Source: a virus
DNA length: 64,000 nucleotides
Strand: one strand, 5' to 3'
IMG/VR virus record: IMGVR_UViG_3300043081_000027
The number at the start of each line of letters is the position of its first letter. Position 1 is the first letter of the stretch. Positions 35,001 to 42,633 of this stretch are shown piece after piece. Under the pieces are notes generated by a model, which did no database searches, was not told the origin of the DNA, and saw nothing but the letters and a program-made list of their open reading frames with translations. The position numbers were made by a program, and so were the translations under genes.

Positions 35001-36092
35001 CATTTATGTTATCCTAAAGACTCTTTATTCTTTAGTTCTGCAGTTTCATTAGTTATATCTGCAGGTCGGACTATATCTTCTCCAACAATATTTATAATTT
35101 GTTGGAGCAGGGCACTCGTGGTAGCATTACTATCCTCGCTAAGGACTCGGCTACTAGTCTCTGAACCTTCAAGAGTATTACTACTCAAGCTTGGCTGCTG
35201 ATTGTCCACCTCTGGAGTTTCCAGCAATTCACCCTGTTTTAAGACGCCAATTATCGCTTTATATTTTTCAGATCGTTCATGTGCTTTAGTATTATGGTAT
35301 GTAGTATGTTCAGAACGTGTTAGTATTTGAAGATTTTCTAAACGATTGTCTGTTTTTATTTCATTTATATGATGCACATCATATTCATCTTTTAGAACAA
35401 TCCATCCATTAACATTCTCAAAATACTTAGGATCAAACTTATCATGATTTCTTTCAATTACTAATCTATGCTGTCTAACTCTAGATCCTTGAACACTTTT
35501 ATCACAGGGTTTTGGATGTCCTGGACAATACTCTAACACGTAACCTAAATTAGAAATTGTTTCTTTACCCTTAAAACTTGCATTTTTATCACCAGTAAGT
35601 CCATATTGATGATTATTTTCTCCTAAATATGTAGTTTCTCTTAATTTGTTACTACATTCTTTACTACAACAAATTTGCGTTTTAACTTTTTTTATTCTAC
35701 TAGGTTTCGCATAGAATTGGTTACCGCAAATAGGGCAAGTACAATTTAACTCAGTCTTTTTTCTAAATAAAGCTGAGCAAGTAGTGCTACAACATTGATA
35801 GGTCTTTGCACGACTCGGAGTAACGTATTCTATTTTACCACAATAAGCACATATTACTTCTATTTTATCTACAGCATTCTTTTCATTCGGTTTTCCTTTA
35901 CTGTGTTCATCCGAACATTGTTTACAACAATATTTTCGATGAGCACTTTTCTTTCCTAAGAAAGTTTTTCCACAATTTAAACAAATATATTCTACCATAC
36001 TAATTTTTTTAATATGGTTAAATATAGACAATTTTATTGGAATAACCTAATAAAAATAATAAATTGTGTAGTAACTGTTAATATATAATTTT
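35001..36092 (-). mobile_element. Probable group I intron (1092 nt) splitting the dUTPase gene inside motif 3, carrying an HNH homing-endonuclease ORF
   Basis: Exon 1 ends ...PGCIDA and exon 2 begins DYRGE, reconstructing G-x-ID-x-DYRG. The upstream exon ends with U, the insert ends with G (omega-G), and in-frame read-through from exon 1 hits TAA after 5 codons. Confidence 0.6.
35009..36031 (-). CDS. HNH homing endonuclease with N-terminal zinc-ribbon repeats (intron-encoded)
   Basis: Four CxxC...CC(S/K) ribbons, then HNH core DVHHINEIKTDNRLENLQILTRSEH. Confidence 0.75.
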   Translation of the reverse strand: MSIFNHIKKISMVEYICLNCGKTFLGKKSAHRKYCCKQCSDEHSKGKPNEKNAVDKIEVICAYCGKIEYVTPSRAKTYQCCSTTCSALFRKKTELNCTCPICGNQFYAKPSRIKKVKTQICCSKECSNKLRETTYLGENNHQYGLTGDKNASFKGKETISNLGYVLEYCPGHPKPCDKSVQGSRVRQHRLVIERNHDKFDPKYFENVNGWIVLKDEYDVHHINEIKTDNRLENLQILTRSEHTTYHNTKAHERSEKYKAIIGVLKQGELLETPEVDNQQPSLSSNTLEGSETSSRVLSEDSNATTSALLQQIINIVGEDIVRPADITNETAELKNKESLG

Positions 36093-36422
36093 AGCGTCTA
36101 TACAACCTGGCGTGTTAAGAACAGTTATACCGTGTTTAAGAGCTAATCCGCTACGAGGTCTTACTTTTATTTCATAACCTTCTGGAATTGCAACGAATAA
36201 ACCAGTAGGAATAAGTGCTCTACCTCCGGGACGGATAACCACAGCACCACCTTCTGTATAAAATTGATTATCTAAGATACAATCAACTCCTTTAACATTA
36301 AGTATTCCATGAATATCTGCTCGCACATCCATACCAGCAGAACCATCGGTTTCATAACTAGGAAGTGGATTATTCCATTGTTCATCATAATATTGCTTTT
36401 GCTTTACTTTTACTTCTACCAT
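36093..36422 (-). CDS. dut: dUTPase, exon 1 (N-terminal half: motifs 1-3 up to GCIDA)
   Basis: [18 protein letters not shown] and PGCIDA; track ORF 36078..36422 runs 5 codons into the intron before TAA. Confidence 0.75.
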
Positions 36423-36427
36423 TTTAT

Positions 36428-36679
36428 TTAAGCATTAAAAGTCCATAAATACAAACCTAACCACACAAAAAGACACCCGATTAATACAGTTAGCACTTTA
36501 AAAGTTTGTACAAACCAAGACATCTCTTCTGGATTACGTTTTATATATTCCCAAATTTCCGGATATTTGTTGTCCGTATCTAATTTCGCTATATCATCAA
36601 TACTCATGTTACATACATTAACAGTCATACGTACATACCAGAATATTATAAACAAACCTAAGATTCGTATAACTAACAT
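36428..36679 (-). CDS. small membrane protein (2 TM)
   Basis: [10 protein letters not shown] and [17 protein letters not shown]. Confidence 0.4.
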   Translation of the reverse strand: MLVIRILGLFIIFWYVRMTVNVCNMSIDDIAKLDTDNKYPEIWEYIKRNPEEMSWFVQTFKVLTVLIGCLFVWLGLYLWTFNA

Positions 36680-36930
36680 TTATTACGATAATAATTAATT
36701 ATATCATAAATCAATTGTTCTGGATCATTAGCAACATATACTGTTGTATACATTCTACTTATATCACAAGCTAACCCAGATAAAGGAGCATAATTCTCTT
36801 CGTAATCATCAACATGATCTTCAAAGAAATCATCGTCTACAAAATAAGGCTCGCGTGTACTCTCAAGTACTTCACCTATATTTGGAGTTTGTGTATATTG
36901 TACACTACCTAAACTTTTAAAATTAATCAT
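36673..36930 (-). CDS. hypothetical protein, YYRN-tail paralog family
   Basis: C-terminus [15 protein letters not shown]. Confidence 0.4.
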   Translation of the reverse strand: MINFKSLGSVQYTQTPNIGEVLESTREPYFVDDDFFEDHVDDYEENYAPLSGLACDISRMYTTVYVANDPEQLIYDIINYYRNKC

Positions 36931-37208
36931 AGAAAACCAACATTTAAATTAGAAATTTCTGTAGTTTTAGACACCTCATGATTATTTCTGTAATAATCAA
37001 TCACATCTCTTAATGGATTGTAATAATCACTAATATACAGTAATGAATAATGTTGTGCATCACCTGCCCAAAAAATACCACTTTGCCATTCCTCACCTTT
37101 TTCCTGTTCAAAAATATCTACGTTACCATATATATGATTTCTAATCCACTTTTTATTCACAGCAAACATGGTTATAGCTCCTTTAATATTTCTGGAGTTA
37201 TTTTCCAT
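36927..37208 (-). CDS. hypothetical protein, YYRN-tail paralog family
   Basis: C-terminal region PLRDVIDYYRNNHE. Confidence 0.4.
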   Translation of the reverse strand: MENNSRNIKGAITMFAVNKKWIRNHIYGNVDIFEQEKGEEWQSGIFWAGDAQHYSLLYISDYYNPLRDVIDYYRNNHEVSKTTEISNLNVGFL

Positions 37209-37256
37209 TTAGGTTTTACTTTTTGCAACTCTTTACAGAATTGTTCTTCAAGTTCT

Positions 37257-37649
37257 TCACAAGTCATTTTGCACTTCGATTGAGGCTTTAGCCCATTCAT
37301 CTAAGTCAATATGCAAACAATTATCCAATTTAAAGTAATATTTAGAATTCTGAGTAGTAAAATACTCAGAATTCCAATTAATAGACTCTATATTAGAAGT
37401 TCTATACCACTCACTTCCAGCATCTATGTAAAGAGATACACCTTCGGCAAAGATAGCACACCAACCTTCAAACCTAAAACCATCATCTTTCCATATAATT
37501 ATATAACCACAAGAGCTATGCTGAATATTATAGATTTGTTCTGTAGACAAACCCTTTTCAGCTAATTCAATGGAATTACAATGCCATAGATTATTAAGAG
37601 GTATTAAATTAGATATTGCTATTAAATCCGTAAATTTAAGTTCTCGCAT
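37257..37649 (-). CDS. hypothetical protein
   Basis: ORF. Confidence 0.4.
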   Translation of the reverse strand: MRELKFTDLIAISNLIPLNNLWHCNSIELAEKGLSTEQIYNIQHSSCGYIIIWKDDGFRFEGWCAIFAEGVSLYIDAGSEWYRTSNIESINWNSEYFTTQNSKYYFKLDNCLHIDLDEWAKASIEVQNDL

Positions 37650-37923
37650 CCTTTAAGTAATTAATTAAATCTTCTATAGGGTCTTCACAAGCTTCTTTGT
37701 AAAAGAGTTTATTTAAGTCACCATTCTTCATAACTATAATAAATGGATTTAATCTAGCCCCATACTCACTTTTTAATTTATAAGCACTAGTTTTATCCGA
37801 GTGATATTCCGTATTTAAAATAGTGAAATAAATAGACTCTTTCTCTTTATTTACAGGTATGATAGCATCTGTAAACTTTTTTGATTCTTTAGAATTATTG
37901 ACTACTATAGTTATGTTTAACAT
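37636..37923 (-). CDS. hypothetical protein (possible redox-inactive thioredoxin-like fold; related C-terminus IEDLINYLK)
   Basis: ORF; weak resemblance to a thioredoxin-fold layout without CxxC. Confidence 0.35.
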   Translation of the reverse strand: MLNITIVVNNSKESKKFTDAIIPVNKEKESIYFTILNTEYHSDKTSAYKLKSEYGARLNPFIIVMKNGDLNKLFYKEACEDPIEDLINYLKDART

Positions 37924-37924
37924 T

Positions 37925-38356
37925 TTAGTCCAAGGGTGTTAAGTAGAAATGATTATAATCTATATTTAAATGATAAGCACCATTAAGAACATGATCCAGC
38001 TCAAAATCACTAAAATAACTAACCCAATCCACCTTAATATAAGGTCTTAAATTAGCAGGTTCTATAACCATAGAGTCTTCATACTCTTCCTTAAGTTGCT
38101 GAATACAATTAAATACTAATTTATCAGCATCTTTACTATCAAGAACTTGAAAGCTTCTAGTTAAGTGCCCATCATTTATAGTTACCATATTAGGAAGAAT
38201 TTCCTCTGTAACTTTTAATGCGTCGAGATTTTCAGTATCAGCATCTATAAATAACAAAGCAGCTACAACTTTATAAGGTTTTTCAAATTCCTGCTTTTTA
38301 GCAAATTCCATGTAAACTTTAGCTGCTGCCTCATCAACAAAATAGTCTGTAATCAT
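37925..38356 (-). CDS. hypothetical acidic protein, tandem paralog A (VVAALLFIDAD motif)
   Basis: ORF. Confidence 0.4.
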   Translation of the reverse strand: MITDYFVDEAAAKVYMEFAKKQEFEKPYKVVAALLFIDADTENLDALKVTEEILPNMVTINDGHLTRSFQVLDSKDADKLVFNCIQQLKEEYEDSMVIEPANLRPYIKVDWVSYFSDFELDHVLNGAYHLNIDYNHFYLTPLD

Positions 38357-38793
38357 TTTTGTTTATACTTAGAATCGTTATCAACATTTAAAATATACAT
38401 AGTTTCATAAGTTTCATGAAGCATAACTGCATCATCGCAAAAATCATAAATATCAGGAGAGTTTCTATCCCAGTAATAATCCCAGTCAATATATTCTCTT
38501 ATTTCTGCAGGGGTTTTCTCCATTATAGATTCTACAAATTCTTCCTGATATGCAGTTATTTTTTCATCTAGTGCCTCTTCATTAAATACTCTGTAAATAT
38601 GATCACCATATTCAATATCTTTAGAATTTATATTTAACTCACGAATTTCAAATTTATCATTTTCTTCTAAATCTAAATCGTAAGTTAAAATTAAAGCAGC
38701 GACACATTTATCATAACCGTGTTCATCACACCAATCTAGAATCTCTGTTTCATGCTTTTTCTCTGCTTCTAAATCAATAAGTTCATCAATCAT
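38353..38793 (-). CDS. hypothetical highly acidic protein, tandem paralog B (CVAALILTYDLD motif)
   Basis: ORF. Confidence 0.4.
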   Translation of the reverse strand: MIDELIDLEAEKKHETEILDWCDEHGYDKCVAALILTYDLDLEENDKFEIRELNINSKDIEYGDHIYRVFNEEALDEKITAYQEEFVESIMEKTPAEIREYIDWDYYWDRNSPDIYDFCDDAVMLHETYETMYILNVDNDSKYKQK

Positions 38794-39110
38794 AAGCTAA
38801 GTATTATATTGTTTAAATATTCTCTAGTTCCTTTGACGCAAGCTTCTTTTAAATCTTCAATTAAATTTATTATATGTGAAGCTTCATCTTCACTCATTTG
38901 AATATCTATAGGTTGTAGATGCTCTGGTTCAATTTTTAGATTCCATTTATCTAGTGTTGTAGAAAGCATTCGTAAAACTATTTTTATTTTAATGGGATAA
39001 TTGAATCGAACTTCTTTAACACCTAGAGTTGGAACTTCTGTAACACTTGTCCAATATTTAGTTGGATTCTTAGTAAGCTTTTTAATAATAGTTTCTACTG
39101 TCTGCAACAT
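38790..39110 (-). CDS. hypothetical protein
   Basis: ORF. Confidence 0.4.
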   Translation of the reverse strand: MLQTVETIIKKLTKNPTKYWTSVTEVPTLGVKEVRFNYPIKIKIVLRMLSTTLDKWNLKIEPEHLQPIDIQMSEDEASHIINLIEDLKEACVKGTREYLNNIILSL

Positions 39111-39112
39111 AC

Positions 39113-40492
39113 CTATTGATAAATTAAAACATTCTTTTTAGTTCTAGATAAAGCTACATATTGAAGTTGCCTTCTTACAGCTTCATCATTACAACTATTT
39201 ATATTACGAATATCTACAAATACACTATCAAAGGTACTACCTTGGGATTTATGTGTACTTATAGCATAACTATAGTCAAAAGATTTCTTTCGGATTAATC
39301 TACCATCCACGTATAAATCAATTGGTGTAGTAAAGCTTCCCATCATTTCAAAATATTTTTTCCAATAATAGTTAGCTTTTTGCCTTTCACCTAGTTGTTT
39401 TAGTTGAATTGCTTGTTGTCTGTAACCTTCAATTTTTAAAGATAAAGACTCAAGATAATCTTTAGAAATATCTTTAGATAAAATAGATATATTTTCACTA
39501 CTTTTTGTTAATGAATCATAAAGTTCCATACTAATCCCAGGCAAAGAGCCAAAATTTGGAATATGAATTTCTGTTTTAAAAGGTTCATTTACAATAATAT
39601 AATCCATAGAATTATAAAATTTGAACCCATTAAACTCAAGATTCTCACAACCAATAAGGAATTCACCCTTATGATACTGACAATCTTTACCAAAGAATGC
39701 TTGGTGTATCGCTTGATTGTAAGCCTTAACTCTATCATTCGTATAACATAAAATCTTAGTACTTAATATATCTCCTTTTTTCATAGCTTTCGCTAATGCA
39801 ATTTTTGCTTCTTTCAAAAATTCCTTCATATCAGACGTTACAAGAAGACTTCCTTCCTCTCCGATGCAATTATCAAAGTGCTTCATTGAATGCGTTCTGA
39901 GTGTCTGTAACACGTCAATAAAACCATTTTTATCGGACTGTCTGTATATCTTTTGAAGTTCTACACAGGGTTGTGTATGAATAACTTTTGAAAGAAAATC
40001 TTGTTTTACAGGCTGTAATTGTGCAAAATCTCCAGTAAATATAATCTGTGATTCTTGTTCTTGCACTTGTGCAATTAAACAGGAATACAAATCATTATTT
40101 ATCATCGAAGATTCATCACAAATCACAATACCACGCTTAGGAATAGATGTAACATTACCACTACATTTAAACATAAGATTACGAAAATCAAGAGCAAAAA
40201 TGTCGAGATTAGGAGAAAGCGAGAGTAATTTGTGCAATGTAACTGCTTCTCTTTCTGTATATCTTTCAAGCACCAATGCCGCTTTATGAGTTGGGGCACA
40301 TAGTGCGTATTGAATACGATTGCGTTCACACCAATCAATTATATAATTTACTAATACACTTTTACCAGTACCAGCACTACCGTAGTAGAGACAGGCAGGT
40401 TCTTTATGATCATTAATAAATTTTATGACCATATTAAGAGCCTTTTCCTGATCTTCTCCTAAGATAATGCTGGTATCATGTTTATTTATCAT
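39113..40492 (-). CDS. SF1 DNA helicase (Dda/RecD/PIF1-like)
   Basis: Walker A YYGSAGTGKS, Walker B ICDESSMI, C-terminal ISTHKSQGSTFDSVFVD. Confidence 0.8.
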   Translation of the reverse strand: MINKHDTSIILGEDQEKALNMVIKFINDHKEPACLYYGSAGTGKSVLVNYIIDWCERNRIQYALCAPTHKAALVLERYTEREAVTLHKLLSLSPNLDIFALDFRNLMFKCSGNVTSIPKRGIVICDESSMINNDLYSCLIAQVQEQESQIIFTGDFAQLQPVKQDFLSKVIHTQPCVELQKIYRQSDKNGFIDVLQTLRTHSMKHFDNCIGEEGSLLVTSDMKEFLKEAKIALAKAMKKGDILSTKILCYTNDRVKAYNQAIHQAFFGKDCQYHKGEFLIGCENLEFNGFKFYNSMDYIIVNEPFKTEIHIPNFGSLPGISMELYDSLTKSSENISILSKDISKDYLESLSLKIEGYRQQAIQLKQLGERQKANYYWKKYFEMMGSFTTPIDLYVDGRLIRKKSFDYSYAISTHKSQGSTFDSVFVDIRNINSCNDEAVRRQLQYVALSRTKKNVLIYQ

Positions 40493-40827
40493 TTCTTAAA
40501 TATTGCCGTAATTACGTATTTACCTGATTTAAAAGCCTCAGGGTATCTACCTTCAATTACTTTAGCAGCTTCATCCTTAGAGGCTGCTTCGCACCATTCA
40601 CTAAAATCATCCTCAACTTCATGAGTTTCTAAGTTAACAGAATTGACATACACTGTAAACTTAATATTACTCATACTAAGCTTAGTAGCATCAAACTCTT
40701 TTCTCGGAACTTCTTTCTTTTCAGGAATAATATCAGTTTTCTTTAAATAGTATTTCTTACCATTTAAGACATAGTACTTACCACCTTTAGGGCCTGTAAG
40801 AATTTCTACATTTTCTGGAATTTTCAT
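40489..40827 (-). CDS. hypothetical protein with N-terminal GPKGGKYYVLNGKKYYLKK motif
   Basis: ORF. Confidence 0.45.
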   Translation of the reverse strand: MKIPENVEILTGPKGGKYYVLNGKKYYLKKTDIIPEKKEVPRKEFDATKLSMSNIKFTVYVNSVNLETHEVEDDFSEWCEAASKDEAAKVIEGRYPEAFKSGKYVITAIFKK

Positions 40828-41330
40828 TATACTTTACTTTTAAAATCCGTACAAATAACTCCCCACTTAACATTTGAGCAGGAGTTCATTATGATAGTAA
40901 GTTTATCACAATCAATACCATCACATCTTTCTAAATAGGGATACTTAGTTTTAATATAAGCATCTAGATTATTTACATTTAGAGTAAATGAATCCTTTTC
41001 GTAATCGTAACTAATCAGTTTATAAGCTTCGATTATTACTTTATTTAATTTTACAATATCAGAAGGTAACTCTTCTCCTTTACACAGATACAAATAATCA
41101 ATGGCTGTTGGAATAAACAATTCTCCGATAAACTTTGTGTAATATGAGTCTAATAATGCGGGTCTGGAAGGGAAATTTCCAAATAAATTATAATTATTGT
41201 CTATTAACTCTATTTCATTACCAGATAATCTCCTAACAAAATCCTTTATATACACATAATTATCGTAACCCAAGTAGTGCCCTATCAGATTATCTAATAT
41301 ATCAACATGATTCATCATTGTATTAACCAT
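40827..41330 (-). CDS. hypothetical protein
   Basis: ORF. Confidence 0.4.
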   Translation of the reverse strand: MVNTMMNHVDILDNLIGHYLGYDNYVYIKDFVRRLSGNEIELIDNNYNLFGNFPSRPALLDSYYTKFIGELFIPTAIDYLYLCKGEELPSDIVKLNKVIIEAYKLISYDYEKDSFTLNVNNLDAYIKTKYPYLERCDGIDCDKLTIIMNSCSNVKWGVICTDFKSKV

Positions 41331-41770
41331 TTAAATGTACTATTTGCATTCAGATGATAAGATAACTTATACATATCTACATTAGAAGTATCTACTTTAT
41401 AAGAAAGATTACATTCAGTATAAAGTTCATTTATATAAGATAGTAGATCCTCTAAATTAAATAAATACACATTAGTATCTTCTCTCCGTACAAATACACT
41501 ATTAGGTAAAGAATCTATGAAAGCACCTTCTAGTTCACCATAAACAACAAAAGAGTTTGATGGTTCATACATAAAATCAAAGAATAATTTTACAAGTTCA
41601 TAATTTACTTGTTCGTTAAGCTTGATTCTAAAAGTATCCAAAGTATCTGCATCTATTTTTACGTAATCCAGAAGATTTAATTCATCCTTGGACAACGAAT
41701 CATAGAAGTAAGCAATGTCTGAATAATCCTCAATAAAGTAATCCAGAAATTGATCCTTAGTTAGTTGCAT
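41315..41770 (-). CDS. hypothetical protein
   Basis: ORF. Confidence 0.4.
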   Translation of the reverse strand: MQLTKDQFLDYFIEDYSDIAYFYDSLSKDELNLLDYVKIDADTLDTFRIKLNEQVNYELVKLFFDFMYEPSNSFVVYGELEGAFIDSLPNSVFVRREDTNVYLFNLEDLLSYINELYTECNLSYKVDTSNVDMYKLSYHLNANSTFKWLIQ

Positions 41771-41937
41771 TTTTCAAAACGTGTTTAGCTTGAAACTTAG
41801 ATTCTGGAGTAGCTTTCTTAGCTACTTTTGCCTTAGCTTCTTTACCTTTTACATAATGTTTCTTACCATTCTCATCCAACCAGTAATAACCACCTCTTGG
41901 GCCTTTAATCATTTTGTGAGTAATCATAATATTTTAA
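41757..41937 (-). CDS. small basic protein (about 56 aa) sharing the GPRGGYYWLDENGKKHYVKGK motif with the 40489..40827 product
   Basis: Below the 60-aa track threshold; ATG overlaps the nrdG stop as ATGA; the 3' coordinate is approximate. Confidence 0.3.
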
Positions 41938-42446
41938 CATTTAAATTCAACAATTTCTCCACTTTCTAAAGTTGCAGGTACATCTATCAGCCTTTGATTA
42001 CTTGAACCTCTAAAAGGGAGTGATACATCTCTACTATTTAATTCAAATTCCCCATCCACTAGAACATCTATATTGCATAATATTATATGCCAATTAGACA
42101 TTTTAAATATATGCTCAAATGTAAATCCTGTATATACCCAAATATCTTTATTAGGAAATCTTTTTTTAAGTTCTACTAAAAGATCTTCTAATTCTTGCTG
42201 ATATTGAGAATTATATAACTTAATAGGCTCTCCTCCAGATAATGTTATACCTTTAATATAAGGTAATTCCAGAATTCTAAATAATTGTTCTTTAGTTTCT
42301 TCTGTAAAAGGTTTTCCATTATCTTCAATCCACGATTCTGGATTATGACACCCTATACAATGATGCGGACACCCAGCAACCCAAAGAGTTACTCGGCATC
42401 CGCATCCGTTATTAATATCAGGATAAGTTATTTTAAGATAGTTCAT
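41934..42446 (-). CDS. nrdG: Anaerobic ribonucleotide reductase activating protein NrdG (radical SAM)
   Basis: CGCRVTLWVAGCPHHCIGCHN (CxxxCxxC cluster). Confidence 0.85.
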   Translation of the reverse strand: MNYLKITYPDINNGCGCRVTLWVAGCPHHCIGCHNPESWIEDNGKPFTEETKEQLFRILELPYIKGITLSGGEPIKLYNSQYQQELEDLLVELKKRFPNKDIWVYTGFTFEHIFKMSNWHIILCNIDVLVDGEFELNSRDVSLPFRGSSNQRLIDVPATLESGEIVEFKC

Positions 42447-42633
42447 AGTCGTGCTCTTCTACGTATTCTTTCATACCTTGTATAACAGTTTCTGACATAA
42501 AAGTTTGCCCTACTAACAAGCCATGTAAAGCTTCTAGTATATCAGTAACTGAACAATCTTCGTAAGCACTTTCCCATGAAAACTTATTACTACCTATTTC
42601 TAGTGTTAATTTAGTCTTTCTATCCTCGTTCAT
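42433..42633 (-). CDS. hypothetical protein
   Basis: ORF; ATGA overlap with the nrdD stop. Confidence 0.4.
   Translation of the reverse strand: MNEDRKTKLTLEIGSNKFSWESAYEDCSVTDILEALHGLLVGQTFMSETVIQGMKEYVEEHDYELS

Noticed and set aside
34812-36422. dUTPase as two separate genes or a dead gene; alternatively an intein
   Set aside because: The halves reconstruct motif 3 exactly. The insert has stop codons in the exon frame (so it is not an intein) and a homing endonuclease ORF, and the boundaries are U|...G. An intron is the simplest reading.
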